Source: an uncultured Gemmatimonadales bacterium
Lineage (GTDB): Bacteria > Gemmatimonadota > Gemmatimonadetes > Gemmatimonadales > GWC2-71-9
DNA length: 64,000 bases
Direction: 5' to 3'
Assembly (NCBI GenBank): GCA_963798915.1
Contig: CAWCVB010000001.1
Span: 160,001-224,000, forward strand
Position numbers and translations under genes: made by a program. Below the pieces are notes generated by a model. The model was given only the letters and a program-made list of their open reading frames with translations. It was not told the DNA's origin and ran no database searches. This document shows, in pieces, positions 51,079-60,935 of this stretch (within the stretch, counting starts at the first letter, position 1; each line of letters opens with the position of its first letter).

Positions 51079-53262
51079 TCAGAAGGAGGGCGTAGCGGCC
51101 TGCTCGCCGGCGCCGAGGGGAATGGTGATGGCTTCGGGCACGGCATCGGTTCGCTGTGAAATCAGGCGATAATCCACCTGCGAGCCGCCTCGCGCCACCC
51201 GCTTGCCCGCCAGGTAGAGATACCGCCGGCCATCGGGCGAGAGCGAAAGCGCCAGCACCGCGTCCTCGGTTTCCGCCAGAACTTTGCGGCTGGTGCCCGA
51301 CTGGCGAATGATCTGGGTTCCCCCCTTGGGGCGGTCGCTGGCGTAGAGCAGGTCGCCGTTGGGAAAGAACTGGGGTGACTGGTCCCGCTGCGGCGTGGCG
51401 GTAATCCGGCGCACGCCCGAGCCATCGATGCCCATCTCGAAGATTTCATAGTTGCCGGCCCGCGCGCTCGCAAAGGCGATCACCCGGCCATCCGGTGACA
51501 CCGCCGGCGAGACGTTGCCGCCGGGCGTGCTGGTGAGTTCGCGCGCATCACTGCCATCCACGCCGATGGTGGCAATCTGGGTCTGGCCGTCATGGCTCGC
51601 GGTGTAGAGAATGTGCGTCCCGTCAGGGGTCCACGATGGTTCGGTCTCGTCGCCACTCTCGGTGGTCAACCGCGTGAGGGCACTCCCGTCGGCATTCATG
51701 AGCCACACGTCGAAGCTTCCGCTGCGGTTGGACGAAAAGGCAATGCGGGTCCGGTCGGGCGAGTAGGCGGCATCCAGGTTGGTCGAGGTGTCCGCCAGCA
51801 CCGGTACAAAGACACCGGGTTCGGCCAGCTGGATGGTGTAGATGCCGACGCCGCTCCGCGCGGCCCGGTCGGACGAGAGCAGCAGGTCGCCGTTGACGTA
51901 GACTTCCACTGAGTCGGCGGTGCCCCACGGCGTGGCGGCACGCACCAGCGTATGCCCGAGGGCGAGGGCGGAAATGGCGCCGGCGGAGACGGTGGCCACG
52001 GAGGGTCGTGCGCTGGTCCAGGTCACCGGCCCACTCACGCCCGGCACCACGGCGCCGTCGGGATCGAGCAGCCGCGAGGCCAGCTGCACCCGGTCGCCGA
52101 CCCGCAGCGCCAGCCGCTGCCGCTCAACCGAGACCATGACCGGCACCACGTTCACCGTCCAGACCACGGAGTCGGCGCCCTCGATCCGCGCGGTGAGCGT
52201 CGTGTTGCCGACTCGGCGGCCGGTGAGCGTCCCGGTCTCCCGGACAAACTCGGCCACCGTGGTGTCACCCACGGCGAACGTCACCGGCAGGTCCTCGACC
52301 AGGTTGCCAGCTGCATCTACCGCCTTGACGTCAAACCGGCGCGCCGCCGTGATGGCCAGATTGAGTGGACCGCCATCAGCCGCGGGCACCGCCACGACCT
52401 TGGCGATGGGCGGGCGGACCACCACCTGGATACGGCCAGTCATCCCGAAGCCGCGCACCACAATGCCGGTTTGCCCGGGGCTGGCGCCGCGTACCACTCC
52501 GCCCGGAGAGACGTGCGCGACGGCCGTATCCTCCGAGACCCAGGTCAGCCCTGCCGTGAGCTGGCGTCCGTCCTGACTGGGCACAATCGCATGGAGCGTG
52601 TCGATCGCACCCAGGGCAAGAACCGTCCGCGCCAGTGTGGTGAAGACCGCCGTATCCACCACCACGGCGACCGTCCCGCTCACGCCATTGCTGGCCGTGG
52701 CCGTGATGGTGGTGACGCCGGGGCCGATCCCAACGACGACGCCGTCGTGGTCCACCGCGGCAATCCGGGTGTCGCCCGACCTCCAGATCAGCGGCACGAT
52801 CGGCGGGGTGCTGCTGTCGGCAGTCGAGATGTGAGCGATGAGCCGGGCCGGCTCCAGGGGCAGGAGCGCCAGGGCCGCCGGCTCCAGCAGGATTGATGAC
52901 ACGGCGACGGCGCTGGCCGGCGACTGGGCGACGGCTGGGTCATCAGCTGACGTCACCGTGACAAGCGAGGTGTCCCGGCGTCCCCCTGCCACGGCTTCGA
53001 CCATGGTCGTGCCCGCCAGCCGGCCGGTGACCTGGCCGTCCCGGCTCACGGCGGCGATGCTGCTGTCGGAGGAGAGATACGTGATGGCCGCACCCGAAAT
53101 GATACGGCCTTGCGGATCGTAGGCGGCGGCAAATAGCCGGGTGGCCTCACCGGCCGGCAGCTCGAGCCGGTCGGGTGTGACCTGGACATCGGCGATGACC
53201 TGGGCGGCGGCGGGCCGCAGGGCTGCCGATGCGAGCAAGGCCGCCAGAAGCACCGTTTTCAT
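51079..53262 (-). CDS. Exported protein with Ig-like (Big_2) repeats and a TolB/PD40 propeller
   Basis: Repeated SSDSSIAAVSRDGQVTG-type units; SPDRTRIAFSSNR and SPDGRVIAF. Confidence 0.88.
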   Translation of the reverse strand: MKTVLLAALLASAALRPAAAQVIADVQVTPDRLELPAGEATRLFAAAYDPQGRIISGAAITYLSSDSSIAAVSRDGQVTGRLAGTTMVEAVAGGRRDTSLVTVTSADDPAVAQSPASAVAVSSILLEPAALALLPLEPARLIAHISTADSSTPPIVPLIWRSGDTRIAAVDHDGVVVGIGPGVTTITATASNGVSGTVAVVVDTAVFTTLARTVLALGAIDTLHAIVPSQDGRQLTAGLTWVSEDTAVAHVSPGGVVRGASPGQTGIVVRGFGMTGRIQVVVRPPIAKVVAVPAADGGPLNLAITAARRFDVKAVDAAGNLVEDLPVTFAVGDTTVAEFVRETGTLTGRRVGNTTLTARIEGADSVVWTVNVVPVMVSVERQRLALRVGDRVQLASRLLDPDGAVVPGVSGPVTWTSARPSVATVSAGAISALALGHTLVRAATPWGTADSVEVYVNGDLLLSSDRAARSGVGIYTIQLAEPGVFVPVLADTSTNLDAAYSPDRTRIAFSSNRSGSFDVWLMNADGSALTRLTTESGDETEPSWTPDGTHILYTASHDGQTQIATIGVDGSDARELTSTPGGNVSPAVSPDGRVIAFASARAGNYEIFEMGIDGSGVRRITATPQRDQSPQFFPNGDLLYASDRPKGGTQIIRQSGTSRKVLAETEDAVLALSLSPDGRRYLYLAGKRVARGGSQVDYRLISQRTDAVPEAITIPLGAGEQAATPSF

Positions 53263-53590
53263 GCCCCGAACCGTCTCTGCGCCATGCAACCGCGTCCGTC
53301 CTTCCATCCCTGCCATCCCTGGTGCGCCCGACTGTCCCGGCACGCGGTCAGTTCAGGCCCATTTAGCGTGAAATTGCAACGCGTTGCACGTCCCGGGCCG
53401 GACGGATTCACGGCCACCACGCGGGCATGCATCGGTTGGCGTCGGCATTCGGATTGGACCGGTGTGGAAGATCGAACTCGGGAAACCTTGCACAACAGTA
53501 GCGGTTGTGCAAGTTATAACGCGCGATGGCAGCTTCTCTACGGCCATCCCCGGCGGCTGGTTGTGCCGCAGTCCGATCCATGGAGCTTCA

Positions 53591-53986
53591 ATGTCCACGC
53601 TAGACGACCTCGAAACGGGCTGGACGAGTGGTGGCTGGATGGACGACACACCGCTTTCAAGCGAGCCGCTCCCGCCACCGCCACCGCTGACCTTCAGCAT
53701 GCCACCGGCAGAACCGGCCGAGCCGTTCCAGGCGCCCAGTCAGCCCGCGGCAAAGCCCGCGAGGGCCAGGACCAAGAGCACGGCGCGCAAACCGGTTCGC
53801 CAGGCAGCGGCCCGGAAGTCCGCCACAAAGAAGGCGGTACGGACACCGGCCAAGAAGGCAGCGGTACGGACGCCCGCCAAGAAGGCGGCGGTCCGGAAGC
53901 CGGTGAAGAAGCAGGCTGCGCGGAAGCCCGCCAAGAAGGCGGCGGTCCGGAGGCCTGCAAAGAAGAAGGCCACCCGGCGACGGTAG
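53591..53986 (+). CDS. Histone H1-like Lys/Ala-rich protein with an acidic/Pro-rich N-terminus
   Basis: GGAG before MSTLDD; repeated PAKKAAVR. Confidence 0.7.
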   Translation: MSTLDDLETGWTSGGWMDDTPLSSEPLPPPPPLTFSMPPAEPAEPFQAPSQPAAKPARARTKSTARKPVRQAAARKSATKKAVRTPAKKAAVRTPAKKAAVRKPVKKQAARKPAKKAAVRRPAKKKATRRR

Positions 53987-54015
53987 CCCGAGCCGTGCAC
54001 CCCCTCCCTCCCGGT

Positions 54016-55383
54016 ATGCTGGTCCGTCATACTGTTGTCCATCCGCTCTCGCTGCTCCTCCTCCTGGTCGCCCTGGTGACCGGTTGCAGGGGCAGCGGGC
54101 CGGAGGGGCTCGCGCTGGTCGGCGCCACGGTGATTGACGGATCGGGCCAGGCGCCGCTGGTCAACGCGGTCATCATCGTGCGGGGCACCACCATCGACAC
54201 GATCGTGCCGGCGGCGGGCTACCGCATTCCCCGCCATACGCGGGTCGTGGACCTGAGCGGCAAGTGGATCATCCCGGGCCTGATCGACGCGCATGCGCAC
54301 GTCTCCCGCTGGGCCCTCCCGCGCTATCTCGCCTATGGCGTCACCAGCGTCCGCGATGTGCACGGTGCGTTGGACTCGATCCTGCCGCTTCGCGATTCGG
54401 TGAACTTGTATTCGATTGCCGGACCCCGCATCTATGCCGCGGGCGCGATGATCGATGGGGTGCCGCCCACCTATCCCAATGCGTTCGCGGTGAAGGACCA
54501 GCGCCAGGCGCGCCGGGCCGTGGACAGCCTGGTGCAGGCGGGCGCCGACCTGGTGAAGACCTACACCAAGGTCGATCCCGAATTGATGCGTGCCATCATC
54601 GATGAGGCCCGCACCTTCCAGCTTCGGGTGGCCGCCCATCTGGGCCTCACCGACGCCGTCACCGCCGCCAATCTCGGCGTGCGGAGCATCGAGCACATGA
54701 GCGGGGTGCCGGAAGCTGCCAGCAGCACGCCCGAGGCGCTCTATGCCGCGCATCGCGCCGGCTTCTTCCGCGGCTGGACCGCGTTCGAGAAGAGCTGGGC
54801 CCACCTGGACTCGGTCGCCCTCCAGCGGGTGGCCGAGACGCTCGTGGCGCGCCACGTGATCCTGGTGCCCACGCTGGTCCTGCACGAGACCTATGCTCAC
54901 CTGGACGAGCCGTCCACCTACACCGATTCGGCGCTCAAAGCCGTCCCTCGCGCCCAGATCGAGCGCTGGAATACGTCGGACATGATCCAGCGGGCCGGCT
55001 GGACCCGGGCGGACTTTGAGGCGTTCCGCCAGTCACGGCCGGTGCAGGACCTCTTTCTCCGGCTCTTCTACACCAGCCGCGGCATCATCGTGACCGGCAC
55101 CGACGCCGCCAACCAGCAACTGGTGCCGGGCGAAAGCGAGCATCGCGAGCTGGCGCTGCTGGTGCGGGCCGGCGTACCGCCGGAGAATGCCCTGCTTGCC
55201 GCCACCCGGAACGCGGCGCTCCTGATCGGCGCCGACTCCATTGGAACGCTCGCATCCGGGCGCGCCGCCGATCTCCTGGTGCTCACAGCCGATCCGTACC
55301 AGGATATCGACAACACCCGGCGCATCCTGTACGTGATGGCGCGCGGCAATCTCATGCGGGCCGATTCATTGAGGCGCTGGTGA
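54016..55383 (+). CDS. Amidohydrolase-family lipoprotein
   Basis: LVTGC lipobox; PGLIDAHAH, VKTY, AAH, IEH, GTDA, GRAADLLVL. Confidence 0.9.
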   Translation: MLVRHTVVHPLSLLLLLVALVTGCRGSGPEGLALVGATVIDGSGQAPLVNAVIIVRGTTIDTIVPAAGYRIPRHTRVVDLSGKWIIPGLIDAHAHVSRWALPRYLAYGVTSVRDVHGALDSILPLRDSVNLYSIAGPRIYAAGAMIDGVPPTYPNAFAVKDQRQARRAVDSLVQAGADLVKTYTKVDPELMRAIIDEARTFQLRVAAHLGLTDAVTAANLGVRSIEHMSGVPEAASSTPEALYAAHRAGFFRGWTAFEKSWAHLDSVALQRVAETLVARHVILVPTLVLHETYAHLDEPSTYTDSALKAVPRAQIERWNTSDMIQRAGWTRADFEAFRQSRPVQDLFLRLFYTSRGIIVTGTDAANQQLVPGESEHRELALLVRAGVPPENALLAATRNAALLIGADSIGTLASGRAADLLVLTADPYQDIDNTRRILYVMARGNLMRADSLRRW

Positions 55384-55388
55384 GGGAG

Positions 55389-55445
55389 CTCGTCGGTCAA
55401 CGGTCAACGGTCGTCGGCAGCCCGTCGACCGACGACTGACGACCA
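55389..55445. repeat. Inverted heptamer hairpin array, intergenic
   Basis: GTCGGTCAACGGTCAACGGTCGTCGG..GTCGACCGACGACTGACGACC. Confidence 0.8.
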
Positions 55446-55448
55446 AAC

Positions 55449-55823
55449 ATGGCCTTCTGGGAACTCCTGGTCGCGTGGGCCCTGGTGAGCGCGCTGTTCC
55501 TGGTCTGGGAAGTTGTGACAGTGCGGCTCACGCGTGCACCAGGCGCCGGTACAACGAGCGCCGGCCGATGGCTGCGCGCGCCGCTCCGCATTTACGTGAC
55601 CGAAGCCCTGCTCCTTACCCTGCTTGGCACGCTCTGGTTTGCCAGCATCGGATCCGGCACCTGGCCGCTCGTCTTCCTCCTCCTCGGTCTCCTCATGGAG
55701 TGGCCCGGCCCGCTGCGGCATGGGCTGCACTCGCCGGACGGCTCTCGCCCGGCGGTCTCGCGCATCGCCCTCGGCACCCTGCGCGTGATTTCCGCTGGCG
55801 CAGTGATATGGATCTGGTATTGA
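55449..55823 (+). CDS. Membrane protein, hypothetical
   Basis: Several hydrophobic segments; co-oriented with its neighbours. Confidence 0.7.
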   Translation: MAFWELLVAWALVSALFLVWEVVTVRLTRAPGAGTTSAGRWLRAPLRIYVTEALLLTLLGTLWFASIGSGTWPLVFLLLGLLMEWPGPLRHGLHSPDGSRPAVSRIALGTLRVISAGAVIWIWY

Positions 55824-55857
55824 AGACGGTACGCCGGGAAGCCGGAAGCGCGGGAAG

Positions 55858-56898
55858 ATGATCCGTCTCACGACCTTCTCTCACGGTGCGGGATGCGCCT
55901 GCAAGCTCAGTGCTGTCGAACTGGGACAAGTGCTTGCCAGCCTGCCCGCCGTCGAAGACCCACGCATCCTGGTCGATGCGACCACCCGCGACGACGCCGC
56001 CGTCTTCCGGATTGCCGAGGACCGCGCACTCATTGCGACCACCGATTTCTTCACGCCCATCGTGGACGACGCCGCTGACTGGGGCCGCATTGCCGCCGCC
56101 AATGCGCTGAGCGACGTCTATGCCATGGGTGGCGTGCCGCTCTACGCCCTGAACCTGGTGGCGTGGCCGCGCGAAGGGCTGCCATTCGACCTGCTCGCCG
56201 AGGTGCTTCGCGGCGCCAATGAAGTGGCGACGCGCGCCGGCTGCCCCATTGTCGGCGGCCACAGCATCGACGACGCCGAGCCCAAGTACGGCCTTGCGGT
56301 CACGGGGGAAGTTCATCCGGATCGGATGCTGACCAACGCGCGGGCGGCGGCCGGCGACCTCCTCATTCTCACCAAACCGCTGGGGACCGGCATCCTCACC
56401 ACGGCGCTCAAGCGCGACCGGCTCGGTGCCATCGGCCTGGAAGAGGCCGTGCGGTCGATGACCACCCTCAACGATACCGCGTCCCGGCTGGCGGTGGCAC
56501 ATGGCGCGCGCAGCGCCACCGACATTACCGGATTCGGGTTGGTGGGACACCTCGCCAGCATGATGCGGGCAAGTGGCGTCATGGCGGAATTGTGGCTGGA
56601 TCGCTTGCCGTTGCTGGCGGGCGCTCTCGAGCTCGCGGCAGCGGGCGTGGTCCCGGGCGGCACCAGGCGGAACCTCGAGCAGGCAGTATCGGTCGAGTGG
56701 GACGCGTCCGTGCCTGACCCGCTCCGGATCCTCGCGGCGGACGCGCAGACCTCTGGTGGGCTGCTGATCGCCATCGGGGCACGGCATCACGATGCACTGG
56801 TGGAGGCCTTGCGCTCGGCCGGCACGCTGGCCGCCGCCACGATCGGCGAGGTGCGGTCCGGTGCGGCCGGCAGGATCGTCGCGTTGGTCAAGGGATAG
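55858..56898 (+). CDS. selD: Selenide, water dikinase (Cys form)
   Basis: HGAGCACK, DDAAV, TTDFFTPIVDD, NALSDVYAMGG, GGHSIDD, QTSGGLL. Confidence 0.96.
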   Translation: MIRLTTFSHGAGCACKLSAVELGQVLASLPAVEDPRILVDATTRDDAAVFRIAEDRALIATTDFFTPIVDDAADWGRIAAANALSDVYAMGGVPLYALNLVAWPREGLPFDLLAEVLRGANEVATRAGCPIVGGHSIDDAEPKYGLAVTGEVHPDRMLTNARAAAGDLLILTKPLGTGILTTALKRDRLGAIGLEEAVRSMTTLNDTASRLAVAHGARSATDITGFGLVGHLASMMRASGVMAELWLDRLPLLAGALELAAAGVVPGGTRRNLEQAVSVEWDASVPDPLRILAADAQTSGGLLIAIGARHHDALVEALRSAGTLAAATIGEVRSGAAGRIVALVKG

Positions 56899-56969
56899 CC
56901 GGCCGGACGCCGCGCAGGTCGCGATCCTCCGCCTGTCCATCCTTCCGCCTGCCCGCCTATCTTCCCCCG

Positions 56970-57188
56970 ATGCGTTGGACACCCACACAAATGGACCGGC
57001 TGGAAAATGCCGCCCGCAAGCAGCTGCGCGTGGTGCTTCGGCGGCGCGGCACTGAATACGTCGTCACGGCGCGCCGGGTGACCACCGTCAGCGGCCGGGA
57101 GGCGCTGATTGGCCACCTGCCCATGACCGGCGAAGATCTCACCTTCAGGCTGGACGACGTGGACGAGTTCCAGATCATCGGCGACTGA
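56970..57188 (+). CDS. Small hypothetical protein
   Basis: 72-aa ORF filling the selD-rnhA gap with plausible globular composition. Confidence 0.7.
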   Translation: MRWTPTQMDRLENAARKQLRVVLRRRGTEYVVTARRVTTVSGREALIGHLPMTGEDLTFRLDDVDEFQIIGD

Positions 57189-57193
57189 GGGGC

Positions 57194-57772
57194 ATGCCAG
57201 CGCCTCCCATCCTGGTGCACCTGGACGAGAGCTGCCTCGGCAATGGCCGTATGGGCGATAATCCCGGCGGCGCCGGTGGCGTGATTGAAACGCGCACCAG
57301 TTCCGGCGTCCAGCGCCGGGACATCTATCTTTCTTCGCCCGCCACCACCAACAACCGCATGGCCCTTGCCGGCGCCATCGCCACCCTCGACGCACTGTCT
57401 GCCAAGGGCCGGCGGCTCCGCGTCACGATTGTCTCCGATTCGGAATATCTGGTCAAGGGAATGCGAGAGTGGGCGCCCGCCTGGGAGGCGCGCGGCTGGC
57501 GTCGCAAGGGCGGCGCCATCGAAAACCTGGAGCTCTGGCAGGAGCTGGTGCACCGCGCTCGCGATCACGACGTGGAGTGGCGCTGGGTCCGGGGCCACAA
57601 GGGACACGCCAAGAACGAATATGCCAACGACCTCGCCATCAAGGCAGCGCGGGAGCAGATCAGCTCGGGAGGGGCGTCGGCGTCGGGGTTTCTGGAGTGG
57701 CTGGCGGCGCAGCAGCAGAAGGGACTCTACCTGGCGTATGACCCCGATGAGGAACTTCGAACGGCGTCATGA
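57194..57772 (+). CDS. rnhA: Ribonuclease HI
   Basis: DESCLGNG..PGG, TTNNRMAL, SDSEY, WRWVRGH..NEYANDLA. Confidence 0.92.
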   Translation: MPAPPILVHLDESCLGNGRMGDNPGGAGGVIETRTSSGVQRRDIYLSSPATTNNRMALAGAIATLDALSAKGRRLRVTIVSDSEYLVKGMREWAPAWEARGWRRKGGAIENLELWQELVHRARDHDVEWRWVRGHKGHAKNEYANDLAIKAAREQISSGGASASGFLEWLAAQQQKGLYLAYDPDEELRTAS

Positions 57773-59588
57773 TGTCGGGAGCCCGGCCCTCGCGCAGTGC
57801 GCGACGGACCTCGTCCTCCGCCAGCAGCCGCAGGTCCACCGCTTGTCCGACCCGCCTCGCCAGGGAGAGATGCTCGGTGAGTTCAACCGCCGACGCGCCG
57901 GCCACGGTCAGTCTCATCAGGTCCAGGCGCAGCGTTTCAAGCGCCGCCACCACCCCAACCAGCCGCTGGCCTCCCTCCGGCCCAGCCAGTCGCAGGGCCG
58001 AGGCATCCCGCTCGAGCGATTGCACCACGTCGGGCACGTCGGCAAACTGCTGTCGCAACTCCGACGAGAGTGCATCGAACAGCCGGAGAATGGCGCCGCC
58101 CAGGGCAAGCTCGGTGGGCTGGCCGGCGTCGCCTGCCAGGAGCGGCGGCGCCTGCAGCCCCAGGCCCGCGGCACGAAACATCAGGCGGCCAACCTTTCCA
58201 CCAATGGCCTTGAGCCAGCGACTGGGCTTGCCCAGATGGAGCACGGTCCAGATACGCCTCACCGCCACGGCAGGAACCATCACCGCACCAGCGGCAGCCA
58301 GGTAGTTGACCCAGACCGGACCATTGATCGTCGCAAGCCAGACGAGCACTGCGGTCTTGGCCGCGCCAATCAACGAGATGGCGGCAGTTTCGCGGATGAT
58401 ATCACGCCGGGCCTTGGGCTGCACCCGAGTTTCTTCCTGCATGGCCCGGCTCTCACGCGCCACCGCGGGCTCGATGCTGCGGAAATCGTATCCCTGGCGA
58501 ATCAGGTCGCGGGTCTTGCCCATCAGCTGACCGAACCGGGCGCCGGCGAGGCCGACGCCCATGGCCGACAGGGGATAGAAGACCAGGCCGGCAAAAGGCG
58601 ACGTGCGAAAGATCGTGGCGTAGATCACGAGCGAACCAACCCCGACCATGAGCGGCACGCCAATCTCACCACCCGCAGCCACCGCATCACGAAGAAAGGA
58701 CCGGACCGGTGGCGGAGTCTCGGGCACCGAGTCACGGGTGGCAGTGACCGCTTCGGCCAGTGCTTCCGCACTGGGATAGCGGTCCTCGGGCCGCTTGAGC
58801 AGCAGCCGGTCCACCGCGGCGGCAAATCGGGCCGGCACCCCGGCCGCATGCTCCCCGACCGGTGGCGCAGGCTCGGTTGCGTGGCGCAGCATCAGCGCCG
58901 ATGCGGAGTCGGATTCGAACGGCGGCCTGCCGGTCAGGGCATACCAGGCGGTTGCACCCAGCGCGTACAGATCGGCGCGGCCGTCCACGGTATCGCCTGA
59001 GGCCTGCTCCGGTGCCATGTACTGGGGCGTCCCGATGGCGCTGCCCCGGTCATCGGTGCCGGAGGCCACCCGGGCAATGCCGAAGTCCGTCACCACCGCG
59101 CGGCCAGTATGGCGCTCCAGCATGATATTGTCGGGCTTGATGTCGCAGTGCACGATCCCGCGCGCGTGGGCGTGGGACAGGGCCCAGGCGGTCTCCTGCA
59201 CCAGGCGCATGACGCCGGCAGGCGAAAGCGGTCCCCGCCGGCGGACCCGTTCGCGCAGCGTCTCGCCCTCGATGTAGCTCATCACAAAGAACACCACGGC
59301 GCCGTGTTCCTCCACCGCGTGGATCGAGACGATGTGCGGGTGCGACAGCCCGGCGGCGGTGCGGGCCTCACGCAGGAAGCGGCTTCGGAGCGCCAGGTCT
59401 TCGGCCATGGCCGGCGGCAGCATCTTGATGGCCACCAGTCGCTCGAGCGCAACGTCGCGTGCCAGGAATACGATGCCCATGCCGCCCCGGCCCAGTTCGG
59501 CCTGCAGGGAGTAGCGCCCCGCCACCACCTGCTGGAGACTGACGAATTCCGGGCTCGCGCCACCGTCGCCGTGCGGCATGGACGTCAC
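57660..59588 (-). CDS. Membrane-associated Ser/Thr protein kinase
   Basis: GRGGMG, VAIK, HCDIKPDN, DFG, GTPQYMAPE; TM segments downstream; start and stop uncertain. Confidence 0.92.
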   Translation of the reverse strand: MTSMPHGDGGASPEFVSLQQVVAGRYSLQAELGRGGMGIVFLARDVALERLVAIKMLPPAMAEDLALRSRFLREARTAAGLSHPHIVSIHAVEEHGAVVFFVMSYIEGETLRERVRRRGPLSPAGVMRLVQETAWALSHAHARGIVHCDIKPDNIMLERHTGRAVVTDFGIARVASGTDDRGSAIGTPQYMAPEQASGDTVDGRADLYALGATAWYALTGRPPFESDSASALMLRHATEPAPPVGEHAAGVPARFAAAVDRLLLKRPEDRYPSAEALAEAVTATRDSVPETPPPVRSFLRDAVAAGGEIGVPLMVGVGSLVIYATIFRTSPFAGLVFYPLSAMGVGLAGARFGQLMGKTRDLIRQGYDFRSIEPAVARESRAMQEETRVQPKARRDIIRETAAISLIGAAKTAVLVWLATINGPVWVNYLAAAGAVMVPAVAVRRIWTVLHLGKPSRWLKAIGGKVGRLMFRAAGLGLQAPPLLAGDAGQPTELALGGAILRLFDALSSELRQQFADVPDVVQSLERDASALRLAGPEGGQRLVGVVAALETLRLDLMRLTVAGASAVELTEHLSLARRVGQAVDLRLLAEDEVRRALREGRAPDIMTPFEVPHRGHTPGRVPSAAAPPATPETPTPTPLPS

Positions 59589-59595
59589 CGACCCC

Positions 59596-60894
59596 TCACT
59601 TGATCTCGCGCACGCTGGCCCCGCCCTTGTCTGGCGTCCGGGTTATCCGGATCTCCGCTGCTTCATCCATCTTCAGATAGACGCCATGGTCGCCCTGGCC
59701 CAGCATGCTGGTCGCGGGATGGAGGAAGAGCCCCGCGGCATCGAGCGTGTCCACCGCAACCGAGGTGGACAGGTCACCCACGTCTCGCAGCACTGGCTTC
59801 GCCTTGTGCAGCTGGTCCTCATAATCTATGGCCACGTCCGCCTGGATCGGCGCGAGGCCGGGAAGCACCAGCGTCCCGCCAGTGACCAGCAGGCTTCGGG
59901 CGCCGCCGGCGTTGAAGGGCAGCGCTTCGTACTCCTTCACGTCAGCGTTGGTGTAGTCTCCCGTGGCAATGCCGTCGAGCGCCGACAGGATGGCGACCAC
60001 GTTGAGAGCGCGGAGCCGCTGCTTCTCGGGATCATCAGGCAGCGCACCGCTTTCGATCAGCACCGTGCTGGTGCCCCACGCCTGCATGTGGTCGCCGAAG
60101 GCGCGCGGGTTGTAGGTGTCATCGTAATGAGCCATGCGGCCGGGAATCTCCCCCCGCAGGGTCTCCACGATGCGAGCCGCCACCTGGCCCGCGCGAGTGC
60201 GCACATCATTGTACTCGTCGCTGGTGTCGGTGGGCGGCGCCTGCAGCGCGATGGCCGTCTGCAGTCCAAGGCGGCCAGCGCGGGTCCGGGCATTCTGGTC
60301 GTGGAGATTGAAACCAAAGTCGGGATGCAGCTTGTCGCGCAGTGCCTTGAGCGCCCGGCCCTCGGGTGTGGCCAGCCGGGCCGCGTCGCGGTTGATGTCC
60401 ACGCCGGCGGCATTCTCCCGCCGGAACAGCTCGGCACCATCCGGATTGAGCATCGGGACAAAAATGATCGTGAGCTTGTCGGTCAGCCGCTGGCGCAGGG
60501 CGCTCGGAGCGGTATCGGCCAGGAAGGCAAAGATGTCGGCCAACGCCATGGTGGCGGTGGATTCATCGCCGTGCATCTGGGACCAGAGCAGCGCGGTGGT
60601 AGGACCGTGTCCGTACGTTACCGACTGGATGGAGCGGCCCTGAAGCGAGCGGCCCACCTCCTTCACCGCCAGGCCGGATGCTCGCAGCGACGGGGCGACG
60701 GCGCGCCAGAACTGGTCATGCGTAAAGCGGCGCTGGGTGATGGCGCCGACGTGGTAGCGGCGAGCCAGGGCGAGCAGTGCCGCCGGATCCGGATCGCCGG
60801 CGGAGGCGGGGGGAGGGCTCATCGCGGCCACAATGGCGGCCGCGGCCATGGCCAGCCCTGTCGTGGCAATGGCAATCCGGGTGGGAGTCGGCAT
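59596..60894 (-). CDS. M14 zinc carboxypeptidase, exported
   Basis: MHGDE, PMLNPDG, DINRD, NLHDQ, LIESG. Confidence 0.9.
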   Translation of the reverse strand: MPTPTRIAIATTGLAMAAAAIVAAMSPPPASAGDPDPAALLALARRYHVGAITQRRFTHDQFWRAVAPSLRASGLAVKEVGRSLQGRSIQSVTYGHGPTTALLWSQMHGDESTATMALADIFAFLADTAPSALRQRLTDKLTIIFVPMLNPDGAELFRRENAAGVDINRDAARLATPEGRALKALRDKLHPDFGFNLHDQNARTRAGRLGLQTAIALQAPPTDTSDEYNDVRTRAGQVAARIVETLRGEIPGRMAHYDDTYNPRAFGDHMQAWGTSTVLIESGALPDDPEKQRLRALNVVAILSALDGIATGDYTNADVKEYEALPFNAGGARSLLVTGGTLVLPGLAPIQADVAIDYEDQLHKAKPVLRDVGDLSTSVAVDTLDAAGLFLHPATSMLGQGDHGVYLKMDEAAEIRITRTPDKGGASVREIK

Positions 60895-60935
60895 GCCCGG
60901 TATGATGGGGCCGTGTGCGTCAGGACGCCAGCGCC

